DNA of 63,981 nucleotides, the filler included, from an uncultured Planctomycetales bacterium (GTDB taxonomy: Bacteria; Omnitrophota; Gorgyraeia; Gygaellales; Profunditerraquicolaceae), in the NCBI GenBank assembly GCA_964487475.1. It is 7 parts of 7 records of this genome, joined end to end, with 100 filler letters (N's around TTAATTAATTAA, not from the genome) between each part and the next. Parts side by side here need not be neighbours in the genome. Positions count along the whole stretch, not along the records: positions 33,195 to 50,685 come from CAZAPM010000010.1; 6 more parts are not named here. One strand, written 5' to 3'. Each line of letters starts with the position of its first letter. The stretch's first letter is position 1. A program made the position numbers and the translations under genes. The notes under the pieces were generated by a model. That model was not told the origin of the DNA. It made no database searches and worked only from the letters and a program-made list of their open reading frames with translations. Shown here piece after piece: positions 41,001 to 48,404 of this stretch.

Positions 41001-42220
41001 ATATGAATCAGATGGTCGATGAGCAGGTACAGTATCTGAAGCCGGGAAAAAAGGTAGTGCCTGTCACTGGCGCGGTGGATGTCGCTTCCGGAAGAGTGGT
41101 TTCGGTGACTGTTAATGGCGCTGCGGCGGCGCTGGAGGGGAGCCGGTTCCGGGCGGATGTGGCGCTGGCGGAAGGCAAGAACACAATTACGGTGACGGCG
41201 CGCAACGATGCCGGAAAAACAGCAACGAAAACGATCTCGGTAACGTATGCTCCGGCGGTGAAGGTGTCGTATGCGTATGATGATAACGGCAACCTGGTGC
41301 GGAAGCAGGCCGGGTCTGCGGTGACGGCGTATGTGTATAACTCTGAGAACCGTTTGACGCAGGTGGATAAGGACGGCCGGCGGACAGAGATGCGGTACGA
41401 CGGGGAAGGGCGCAGGATCGCGCTGACGAAGGAGGGGAAGACAAAGCGGTATTTGTATGACGGGACGGAGGCAGTGGCGGAGTATGCGGGCGAGGGAGCG
41501 GGTGCGCCGCTGGCGGCTTTGTATGTGCGGGAGCCCGGAGCGCCAGGGGGAGTGGGCGGGCTGGTGATGGAGCATCGGCCGGGTGCGGGCGGGGCGTTGG
41601 GGCCGGCGGGGGCAGCCGCGACGGCATATTATCATTACGATGCGGGCGGCAATGTGGCTGCGGTGACGGATGCGGCGGCTGTGCTGCTGGGAAAGGTGGA
41701 GTATGACGCGTTCGGGAACGAGTTGACGGTGCCGCAGGCGGCGGGGATCGCGATGCGGACGCACCGTTTCGCGACCAAGGCGGTGGATACGACGGGGTTG
41801 ATATATTTCGGGGCGAGGTATTACGACCCGCGCGCCGGGCGGTTCATTACCGCGGATCCGCTGGGGATGATCGACGGGCCGAACCTGTATGCGTATTGCC
41901 ATAACGATCCGGTGAACTTTGTCGACCCGTGGGGGTTGTTGGGAGAGGATATAATTAAAAAGCAATTACAAGAGAATTACAAGGATGATTTTACCGAAAG
42001 CGAAATGGTTGTCATAGCAACTTACATTGGAAAACATGTTGGTGTTATAGGAGGGACAATATTACTGAAAGATCCAACAAATAAAAAAGAATTGGATGCT
42101 CTCAATAAGAGAGTCCGGAAAAGTTTATTAAAAGAAAAGGACGAGTCAGTGATTAATTTGTTTAATAAACTCGATGAGTTAATTAATAAGTTGTGTCAAA
42201 AAAAGGCAGAAGGTTGTTAA
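38012..42220 (+). CDS. Rhs/YD-repeat polymorphic toxin with Sec signal peptide
   Basis: Signal peptide, DPVNTANGN (DUF6531-like), many YD repeats, YFGARYYDP..GRF...DP...NLYAY..NDPVN..DPWGL, AT-rich 93-aa tip. Confidence 0.95.
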   Translation: MNKRMMRTGAFLVMVCSVFAVSPPALFAAADASGKWSMDIDHQPSVITIETVADGSTTRVTQTGKVGIPDPRSFLVQQSSDGTIRGSGGSTFSGQGITQEISYSLEGKVTEDNNPNDSVAGRVSYTITGYRIDRIPPHVPYMRADFSETCDSAVLGTDGKITGTVRGTFHEYSDTFTPAGRAAKVTSDAVYTGPVAVTVKKKPARASESSLGKPAPHQPAQGDPVNTANGNMYVIATDLAIPGKGPALAFIRTYNSQSSRSSALGYGWVHTYSAGIEYNSTIKRANVWDAQGRRLRFDDNLDGTFNAQYGEFSTLTKNAQGYVWTQKDGSTHHFDPQGLLLAIKDRYGNALTLAYDAQKRLSQVTDTGGRKLVFAYDAAGNLARLSDPAGNAYVFEHDAKGDLTAVSNPAGERVRYEYDAAHNMLRKFNPLGATVTFAYDAKDRCVSSSGEGGYACVRFTYDDAALTVTATDSRSAATKYFYDTAGAVQKTVHPLGGMEEFTWDPDFNLVSRIDQRGGKWGFTYDGKGNLLRACDPSGNAAVMRYEPGFNQVSSLENALGNKLVNTYDAQGNLIETVDPLGAKTGFAYDARGQLLSVVDARGAKTEFGYDAYGNLVSVKDANGGVRSFSYDVLGRLLESRDPLDAVTRNAYVSGLARVSSITLPDSNSMRFEYDAAGRRTGVTAPDGAKTLFKYDVHGNVLSVTDPAGGKVSSAYDSEGNVVSVCDENGKYTRFEYDLEGRKTAETDPLGRRKQFRYDSAGNLIEMTDKKGRKITYEYDACGRMTRIVYPSATVAFTYDAAGRRSSMTDINGKTIYSYDAAGRLTGVDGPLADDVIEYKYDAAGARAQLLLPGGKTVAYGYDPVGRLAAITDWQQKKSVEFAYDAAGRVENAVYANGMKAEYEYDEMGRIIGLEVYKAALPAQKAAEFAYQYDKAGRRIRAESPGVVTNYQYDAKGQLLRETRVGAGAFQAAYTYDPAKNRLTYTDGSVSRRYVYNDMNQMVDEQVQYLKPGKKVVPVTGAVDVASGRVVSVTVNGAAAALEGSRFRADVALAEGKNTITVTARNDAGKTATKTISVTYAPAVKVSYAYDDNGNLVRKQAGSAVTAYVYNSENRLTQVDKDGRRTEMRYDGEGRRIALTKEGKTKRYLYDGTEAVAEYAGEGAGAPLAALYVREPGAPGGVGGLVMEHRPGAGGALGPAGAAATAYYHYDAGGNVAAVTDAAAVLLGKVEYDAFGNELTVPQAAGIAMRTHRFATKAVDTTGLIYFGARYYDPRAGRFITADPLGMIDGPNLYAYCHNDPVNFVDPWGLLGEDIIKKQLQENYKDDFTESEMVVIATYIGKHVGVIGGTILLKDPTNKKELDALNKRVRKSLLKEKDESVINLFNKLDELINKLCQKKAEGC

Positions 42221-42233
42221 TGCGGAGGGTTCT

Positions 42234-42554
42234 ATGCACTATATAGCTCTTGGTTGTGCCGCTATATTAACGATTATTGCATTATTGCTTCCAGGAAACT
42301 ATTGTGTTTATTTTTCGGGAGCGTCATTACTAATTTCATTTCATTTTTTGGGCGGGGCGGTCTGGACTACCATATTAGTATTAGCACTGTATAATATTTT
42401 ATTCTGCTATTTGTTAGTGCTTGTAAGTAGGTGTAATCTACGGATAGTGATATGGATAATTCTGGTTGTATTGTATTTTGCTTTAAATAAGATTTCAGAG
42501 AGATTTATTGATATGAGTGGGGTTGATTTCTTGCAGATTTTCAGGCATTCATAA
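42234..42554 (+). CDS. Putative immunity protein (small multi-TM)
   Basis: Immediately after the Rhs tip, same low GC, GGAGG RBS, about 3 hydrophobic segments. Confidence 0.7.
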   Translation: MHYIALGCAAILTIIALLLPGNYCVYFSGASLLISFHFLGGAVWTTILVLALYNILFCYLLVLVSRCNLRIVIWIILVVLYFALNKISERFIDMSGVDFLQIFRHS

Positions 42555-42590
42555 GGATGGCAATAGATTCTCCAAAGCGTTCAATTTGCG

Positions 42591-42652
42591 CTAAGGGGTG
42601 TCCCCTCCAGGGGCGTCCCCAATAAGAGCGTCCCCTTTAGGGGCGTCCCTAA
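42591..42652. repeat. Third array (4 units) of the 15-bp-period GGGG-N3-CCCC repeat
   Basis: CTAAGGGGTGTCCCCTCCAGGGGCGTCCCCAATAAGAGCGTCCCCTTTAGGGGCGTCCCTAA, same orientation as 35781-35832. Confidence 0.88.
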
Positions 42653-42660
42653 AAAGTTGG

Positions 42661-42689
42661 TGGATAAAGTTCGGGTCTCGTCGTATAAT
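42661..42689 (+). promoter_or_regulatory. Sigma70 promoter, probably leaderless
   Basis: TGGATA-N17-TATAAT, ATG 8 nt downstream, no SD. Confidence 0.55.
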
Positions 42690-42697
42690 AATCACCT

Positions 42698-43735
42698 ATG
42701 AATAATTTCTCTGTTCTGCTGCTTCCGTTTCTGGTTTTCGTTCTGGTCGTGCTTTGCGGCTACCTGCTGCGCCAGGTGCTCTTCCGCCGCCTGCAAAAGC
42801 TCACCTCGAAAACCAAGACCCAGATCGACGATCTGATCATCGACGGCACCAAAGGCCCGTTCATGATCTGGTGCGTCATGGCCGGCCTTTACTTCGCACT
42901 CGACGTCTCCCGGCTTCCGGACAATGCGGTGCAGACCGTCGGCAAGCTCCTGCTGGTCCTGGGGATCATCTCGGTCACGTTCGTCATCGCGCATATCGGC
43001 TCCGGCCTGATCAAATATTTCTCTTCCAAAAGCTCCTCCGGCCTTCCGGTCAGCTCCATCACCCAGAATATCGTCAGGGTGGTGGTCTTTACCGTCGGTA
43101 CCCTGGTGCTTCTTAACAGCCTGGGGATCTCGATCACTCCTATCCTCGCCACGTTGGGCGTCGGCGGCCTGGCGGTTGCCCTCGCCCTGCAGGATACCCT
43201 GGCGAATTTCTTCGCGGGTTTTAACATTATCCTCATGCGCCAGATCAGGGTGGGGGATTATATCAAGCTCGATTCCGGGGAGGAGGGATACGTTGCCGAT
43301 ATCAACTGGCGTATCACCAAGATCCTGATGCGTTCCAACAACCTGGTGATCGTCCCCAACGAGAAGCTCTCCAAAGCCATCATTACCAACTTCAGCCTCC
43401 CCAGCCAGGACCTCGCCGTACTGCAGGAGGTAAGCGTGCATTATAAGAGCGACTTGCGGCAGGTGGAGCGCATCGCCGCGGAAGTCGGCGCGCAGGTGAT
43501 GAAAGAGGTCACCGGAGGAGTGCCGCAGTTCGAACCGTTCGTCCGTTTTACCGAGTTCGGGGATTCGGGGATCAAGTTTATGATGATTCTGCGGGCCCAG
43601 GAAAGCGGGGACCAGCCTTTGATCAAACATGAGTTCATCAAGCGGCTGCACGATCGTTTCAACAGGGAGGGTATCATCATTCCTTTCCCGATCGTCGCCG
43701 TCAATTACGACCAGGAGAAAGCAGGCCAGCAATGA
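42698..43735 (+). CDS. Small-conductance mechanosensitive channel (MscS family)
   Basis: LGVGGLAVALALQDTLANFFAG, RVGDYI, VPN, GIIIPFP. Confidence 0.95.
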   Translation: MNNFSVLLLPFLVFVLVVLCGYLLRQVLFRRLQKLTSKTKTQIDDLIIDGTKGPFMIWCVMAGLYFALDVSRLPDNAVQTVGKLLLVLGIISVTFVIAHIGSGLIKYFSSKSSSGLPVSSITQNIVRVVVFTVGTLVLLNSLGISITPILATLGVGGLAVALALQDTLANFFAGFNIILMRQIRVGDYIKLDSGEEGYVADINWRITKILMRSNNLVIVPNEKLSKAIITNFSLPSQDLAVLQEVSVHYKSDLRQVERIAAEVGAQVMKEVTGGVPQFEPFVRFTEFGDSGIKFMMILRAQESGDQPLIKHEFIKRLHDRFNREGIIIPFPIVAVNYDQEKAGQQ

Positions 43736-44727
43736 AAAAGAAACTCATCATCACCGGCGCTGCCGGGTTCATCGGTAGCGAGTTCGCCCGTCAGGCGGTC
43801 GCCAAGGGGTACAAGGTCACCGTCATCGATAACTTAAGCTACGCCGGGGATATGGCCCGGCTCTTGCCCCTCAAACACAAGATCACGTTCTGCAAAGCGG
43901 ACATCTGCGACCGCAAAAAAGTCGCCGCCTGCTTCGCCAAGGAAAAACCTTCGCTCGTCGCGCACTTCGCCGCGGAAAGCCACGTCGACCGCAGCATCTT
44001 AGGCAGCGATGAGTTCATCGAGTCCAACGTCAAAGGCACCATGGTCATGCTCGACTGCAGCCGCCAGGCGGGCGTGGAGCGGTTCGTGCACGTCTCGACA
44101 GACGAGGTCTACGGCGATATCGAAAAAGGCCAGTTCTTCGAAACGACGCCTTTCAATCCCAGCTCCCCGTACTCCGCCAGCAAGGCCGCGGCGGATCTCC
44201 TGGTCAAGTCCTATGTGCGCACCTTCAAATTCCCCGCGCTGACCGTGCGGCCGTCGAATAACTACGGCCCCTGGCAGTATCCGGAGAAGTTCGTCCCGGT
44301 GATCATCTACAAGGCGCTGCATGACGAGAAGATCCCGGTATACGGCCGCGGCATCAACGTGCGCGAGTGGCTTTACGTGTCGGATTGCGCCAGCGCCGTG
44401 CTGCGGGTAATGGAGCGGGGAAGGATCGGGGAGGCGTACAACATCGGTTCCGGCAACGAGCGCCGCAACATCGACGTGGCCAAGACGATCCTCGACATCC
44501 TGGGCAAGCCCCATTCCCTGATCGAGTTCGTGCAGGATAGGCCCGGCCACGACATCCGCTACAGCCTCAACTTCAACAAGATCAAAAAAGAGCTTTCCTG
44601 GAAGCCGGCCATGCCCTTTGAGAAGGGGATGCGCGAGACCGTCGCCTGGTACGAGAAAAACGCCCGCTGGATGACGCAAAAGCGCGAATTCCTCACCCGC
44701 TACTGGAAGCAGGTGTATAAGAAATAA
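43732..44727 (+). CDS. rfbB: dTDP-glucose 4,6-dehydratase
   Basis: AAESHVDRSI, STDEVYG, YSASK, NNYGPWQYPEK, DRPGHD.RY. Confidence 0.96.
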   Translation: MKKKLIITGAAGFIGSEFARQAVAKGYKVTVIDNLSYAGDMARLLPLKHKITFCKADICDRKKVAACFAKEKPSLVAHFAAESHVDRSILGSDEFIESNVKGTMVMLDCSRQAGVERFVHVSTDEVYGDIEKGQFFETTPFNPSSPYSASKAAADLLVKSYVRTFKFPALTVRPSNNYGPWQYPEKFVPVIIYKALHDEKIPVYGRGINVREWLYVSDCASAVLRVMERGRIGEAYNIGSGNERRNIDVAKTILDILGKPHSLIEFVQDRPGHDIRYSLNFNKIKKELSWKPAMPFEKGMRETVAWYEKNARWMTQKREFLTRYWKQVYKK

Positions 44728-44730
44728 TCG

Positions 44731-44759
44731 TTGACATTTCCTGCCGTGCGCAGGATAAT
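44731..44759 (+). promoter_or_regulatory. Sigma70 promoter of a PEP-CTERM gene
   Basis: TTGACA-N17-GATAAT. Confidence 0.65.
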
Positions 44760-44803
44760 GCTTTTGTATGTTTTTCTATTAATAGGTAAGGAGGAATATC
44801 GCA

Positions 44804-45343
44804 ATGAAAAGATTTTTCTTCGTGCTTTTGACCGCACTTTTCGTGGCTGCTTCCGGCACTGCGTTTGCCCAGGAAGCCGCGTTCTCGACCGCCCTTAAGG
44901 ACGGTGCATCCTGGATCGACCAGGATGTCTTTACCCTTGCCCAGAAGCCCTGGCTGCATATCTCGGTTCCGGAAACGGATTTTTACCAGGATTGGACCAT
45001 GTCCTTCTGGAATTATCCCGCGCCGGGAGCATCCACGTTCCTGAGCAATAATTTCAGCGCATACGCGGAGTACGAAAAGGTGGGGGATAGCGATATCTAT
45101 CTTTCCTTCAATGATGATGTGTGGGGTGCCTTGACGAAGGTAGGGGAGTGGAATATCAGCGCCTCGACCACGCTCTTTACCTCCAGCGGGTCGCCTTATT
45201 ACTGGACCACCCTTAAGGCGTATTCCGGGGATGTCGATTTCACCGTGACGAATACCCCCGAGCCGATCAGCTCTGCGCTTTTCCTGCTCGGCGCCGGCGC
45301 GTTGGGTTTAAAAACGTACAGAAGCAGAAACAAAAAGAAGTAA
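44804..45343 (+). CDS. PEP-CTERM surface protein
   Basis: Signal peptide (AFA); C-terminal TPEPISSALFLLGAGALGLKTYRSRNKKK. Confidence 0.92.
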   Translation: MKRFFFVLLTALFVAASGTAFAQEAAFSTALKDGASWIDQDVFTLAQKPWLHISVPETDFYQDWTMSFWNYPAPGASTFLSNNFSAYAEYEKVGDSDIYLSFNDDVWGALTKVGEWNISASTTLFTSSGSPYYWTTLKAYSGDVDFTVTNTPEPISSALFLLGAGALGLKTYRSRNKKK

Positions 45344-45356
45344 ATTAATTATATTT

Positions 45357-45412
45357 AAAGTAATACTAAGTAAGTTTGAGTAAGTAAGTTTAAGTAATAA
45401 TAAGTAAGTTAG
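45357..45412 (+). repeat. Imperfect (T)AAGTAAGT tandem tract
   Basis: aaagtaatactaagtaagtttgagtaagtaagtttaagtaataataagtaagttag. Confidence 0.75.
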
Positions 45413-45435
45413 TCCGTCGAGAAATACGTCTTCCT

Positions 45436-45464
45436 GGCCGGGGATCACCCTCGGCCTTTTTTTT
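45436..45464 (+). terminator. Intrinsic terminator
   Basis: GGCCGGGG-atcac-CCTCGGCC followed by T8. Confidence 0.85.
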
Positions 45465-45511
45465 GTCTTACAGGGTCGCGCTGTTCAGCGCTTCAGATGA
45501 GGGGAAGAAGA

Positions 45512-46147
45512 TCACCTGCCGAAGAGGTATTCGGAGTCTTCCGTGGAGAGTTTCGGTGCCAGGTCGCTGATGAAGGTCTGTGCCAGTTCGGCGGCGCGGG
45601 GGATCTGTTCCTTGCGGCAGGGGATATCGAAGCGGACGAGCAATCCCACTTTTTCCTTGTTGAATATCGATGAGACGAGCTGCAGTAATTTCTGCTGGTT
45701 CCAGTCCACGAGCTTCTTGTTGATGCTGATCCAGTAGATCACCAGGTATCCTTCCCCGGGTTTTTCAAAGTAGACCGTGGTAGCCTTGAACGTCTTGTTG
45801 CCCGCCTTAAACTCCGTCTCCGGCAGGTCGCGGCTGGTGAATCCCGATCCCCCGAGGCACACCTTGGGATTATGGAAATTCCCGGCGTCGAGGATGGTGA
45901 ATACCACCGGTTCTCCCAAAGAGTTAACATACCTGCGGGAGAATATCCTGCTGATGAAGTTATACCGTTCGTCCGTCAGCTGGCCGGACATATCCAGGGT
46001 CTTTCCCTGCCAGCCGATCATACGGTAGGGGATATCTAATTTGGAGATCACGTCCGGGCTTTTGTATTTTGCCCGGGGCATCCCGTAGGTCAAGCCCGCT
46101 GCTACGGCCACCACCCCCAGAATTATCCAGAGCTTTTTCTTTTCCAT
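45512..46147 (-). CDS. EpsI-family exosortase-associated protein
   Basis: N-terminal TM, P..IGW.G, HNPKVCL.GSG, YW, LVRF; overlaps the exosortase gene. Confidence 0.88.
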   Translation of the reverse strand: MEKKKLWIILGVVAVAAGLTYGMPRAKYKSPDVISKLDIPYRMIGWQGKTLDMSGQLTDERYNFISRIFSRRYVNSLGEPVVFTILDAGNFHNPKVCLGGSGFTSRDLPETEFKAGNKTFKATTVYFEKPGEGYLVIYWISINKKLVDWNQQKLLQLVSSIFNKEKVGLLVRFDIPCRKEQIPRAAELAQTFISDLAPKLSTEDSEYLFGR

Positions 46148-46971
46148 GAGAGTTTGGTAAGCAGCGCCTCGATCCCCATGAGCCCTGCGATCAGCACCAG
46201 GAATATCCCGTATCCGCTGATATCGTGGAATTTTTCCCCAGCTTCAGGGCTGAAATGATAAGTAGCCAGGCACACGCCGATGATGCGCAGGAGGTTCCCG
46301 GTCAGGGCCAAAGGCACGATCGAGGCTACCAGGATGAGCTTGTGGGTGCGGGAGAGCTTGCTTATATAGGTATAGGCCAGGCCAAGGGAAAGCATGGTGA
46401 TCAGGGAGCGGAATCCGCTGCAGGGAGCGCCCATGTAGATCTCATGGCCTTTGACCGTGAACAGCAGCCCGTCCCGGGTGATGGGATAGTGAAAAAGCCG
46501 CAGTACGCCTTCGGTCGCGGCGGATACGCCGTGGCGCATGGGAAGGGTGATGCTGTCAAGCACTCCCAAAGGCGGAGGCACCAGCAATAAAAGATAGAGC
46601 ACGGGAAAGAGCAGAATCCGGTTTACTGAGCTTCCGTATAGATACGCCGCAGTGCCGAAGAGCACGGGGAGCATGGAAAGAGTGGAAACGGAAAGGTAAT
46701 CCTGGCGCCAGCCGAAGATAAGCATCAGCGCGCCGAATCCGGCCATCCCTGCCCAGCGTAATCCGGAAGGGGCGCGGGAGGCCGCAGCCTGGGCAAGCTT
46801 CGCCCGATCCCTCCAGGCTAGCCACAGGGATACCGGCAGGATGAAGTACGCGTGCGTATAATCGATGTTCTCCCAGCGGGAGGTATAAAGCTGATAAAGG
46901 ATGGGGGAATAGAGCGCGGCTATGCCGGCCCATACAGCCAGGTGCGTTTTATTGCGGAAAATTCCGGTCAC
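46123..46971 (-). CDS. Exosortase (EpsH/Xrt family)
   Basis: YTHAYFILP, catalytic PCSG.RS (Cys), N..R (Arg), FHD (His); multi-TM; GTG start. Confidence 0.93.
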   Translation of the reverse strand: MTGIFRNKTHLAVWAGIAALYSPILYQLYTSRWENIDYTHAYFILPVSLWLAWRDRAKLAQAAASRAPSGLRWAGMAGFGALMLIFGWRQDYLSVSTLSMLPVLFGTAAYLYGSSVNRILLFPVLYLLLLVPPPLGVLDSITLPMRHGVSAATEGVLRLFHYPITRDGLLFTVKGHEIYMGAPCSGFRSLITMLSLGLAYTYISKLSRTHKLILVASIVPLALTGNLLRIIGVCLATYHFSPEAGEKFHDISGYGIFLVLIAGLMGIEALLTKLSWKRKSSG

Positions 46972-46972
46972 G

Positions 46973-47155
46973 CTATTGTTTTTTGTGTTTGCGGTACGAA
47001 CGCAGGGCAAATGCACCTGCGCCAAGCATGAACAACGCCGAGCTTAAAGGTTCGGGCGCCAGTACTTCGGGACCTCCGCCTCCGGGGATCTCCACGGCAA
47101 GGGCGGGAGTGTACGCTGCGGCAACCAGGATGAGTGTAACGATACGTGTGATCAT
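46973..47155 (-). CDS. Minimal 60-aa PEP-CTERM protein
   Basis: Signal peptide (ALA), VEIPGGGGPEVLA linker, PEPLSSALFMLGAGAFALRSYRKHKKQ. Confidence 0.85.
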   Translation of the reverse strand: MITRIVTLILVAAAYTPALAVEIPGGGGPEVLAPEPLSSALFMLGAGAFALRSYRKHKKQ

Positions 47156-47164
47156 GATTTTTCA

Positions 47165-47193
47165 AGTATATACCATGCCAGTGGCGATGTCAA
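47165..47193 (-). promoter_or_regulatory. Sigma70 promoter of the microPEP-exosortase-epsI operon
   Basis: Minus strand TTGACA-N17-TATACT, 9 nt before the ATG. Confidence 0.72.
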
Positions 47194-47286
47194 GGTTGGG
47201 AGGAGGCGATTTCGGGAGTGAGAAATGCTCTCCCTGTCCGTCTAGGATGGTGAAAGCATGCTCCGGGGCTGAAGAAAGGAGGAGGT

Positions 47287-47964
47287 ATGAGAAGGATCGT
47301 ACAAGTGGTATCGTGGGCAGGCGCCATATCTTTGGTGTGCCTGCGCTGTGCCATGGCCCAGGAGACGTATACGTTCTATCCTGCGCAGGATACATGGCTC
47401 AATGAGGCGAATCCCGCAGCCGGATACGGCAGCAATTCGTACCTGACGGTCAAGGATACGTCCGGAGGCGCGGATGCGCTGTTTAAGTTCGGCGTGGCTG
47501 ATCTGGCAAAGCTTGCCGGAAAGAGGATATCCTCGGCAAGCCTCAGCGCCTACCAGTACCTGGGAACGTTCACTCCGGGGGACTGGCTTACCTTGTATAA
47601 GGTGGAATCAGGGTGGGATGAGGCAAGTGCGTCCTGGCAGGAGAAGCCGGCGTATGGAGGGATCCCGGTGAGCACTCTGGAGGCGAAAGATGGGGTGAAC
47701 ACCTGGAGGAAGTGGGCAGGGCTGGAGGGCCTGGTAAGCTCGTGGGTGAGCAATCCTCAGGCTAACTTCGGCCTAGCGCTTTCCAATGCGCTGGACGGGC
47801 AAAAGGAGGAGCTTTACAGCCGTTTCTACAGCTCACAGGCTTCAGACCTGCTGAAGCGTCCTTACCTTGAAGTGACCACCAGTGCCGCTCCTGAACCTAT
47901 TTCTTCGACTCTGTTCATGCTTGGGGCAGGCGCTTTGGTAGCGAGGAGGGTAAAGAGGCAGTAA
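47287..47964 (+). CDS. PEP-CTERM protein with a DNRLRE/CBM96-like domain
   Basis: QDTWL.E.NP...YG, ISSASL, WDE..ASW...P, NFG.AL, RPYLEV; C-terminal APEPISSTLFMLGAGALVARRVKRQ. Confidence 0.88.
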   Translation: MRRIVQVVSWAGAISLVCLRCAMAQETYTFYPAQDTWLNEANPAAGYGSNSYLTVKDTSGGADALFKFGVADLAKLAGKRISSASLSAYQYLGTFTPGDWLTLYKVESGWDEASASWQEKPAYGGIPVSTLEAKDGVNTWRKWAGLEGLVSSWVSNPQANFGLALSNALDGQKEELYSRFYSSQASDLLKRPYLEVTTSAAPEPISSTLFMLGAGALVARRVKRQ

Positions 47965-48246
47965 AAAAACAGGTTTGATAATGGTTTTTCAGCTCCGGAA
48001 CATGCTTTCGAATAAAGACAATGTTTACACAAATAAACACCATTTTAATCCATTGTGCCACAGTATATTATGGAATTGAGTATTGATATCATCCACAACC
48101 ATGTTTGTTTACGCCGCAGCACAAATCCACGAATTGAAAAATTCACGAGTTATGCACCAAGTTAACCAGTCTCATGTATAAACGCTTAACGTCATAAAAT
48201 ACAATACTTTATCTATTATTAAAATAGTTTATTAATTAACATGTTT

Positions 48247-48262
48247 TGGCATGAATAATGCT
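48247..48262 (+). promoter_or_regulatory. Candidate sigma54 (-24/-12) promoter
   Basis: TGGCATGAATAATGCT = GG-N10-GC. Confidence 0.55.
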
Positions 48263-48290
48263 AGTATTAACTATATGTACCAGTTATTTC

Positions 48291-48380
48291 CAAGACAAAA
48301 TCAGACATGTATGGACATAGATGGACATATATATACAAACATGGACAACCTTGACAGATGTGTTATACTTATGACATATT
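48291..48380 (+). repeat. 10-bp-phased GACA direct-repeat array overlapping a promoter
   Basis: GACA at 48294, 48304, 48314, 48324, (TACA 48334), 48344, then 48353 and 48373; TGTTATACT extended -10 at 48361-48369. Confidence 0.85.
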
Positions 48381-48404
48381 TTCGTGAAATCAGGAGGAGT
48401 CTAA

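Noticed and set aside
40460..41965. Long antisense ORFs (here and opposite dnaK, dnaJ, hflX, mscS and others)
   Set aside because: Shadow frames of GC-rich coding genes with Arg/His/Pro-biased, motif-less translations
47965..48290. Replication origin in the AT-rich region
   Set aside because: Only one 1-mismatch DnaA-box-like 9-mer (TCATCCACA, 48089) and weaker ones; no dnaA, parAB or rep gene nearby
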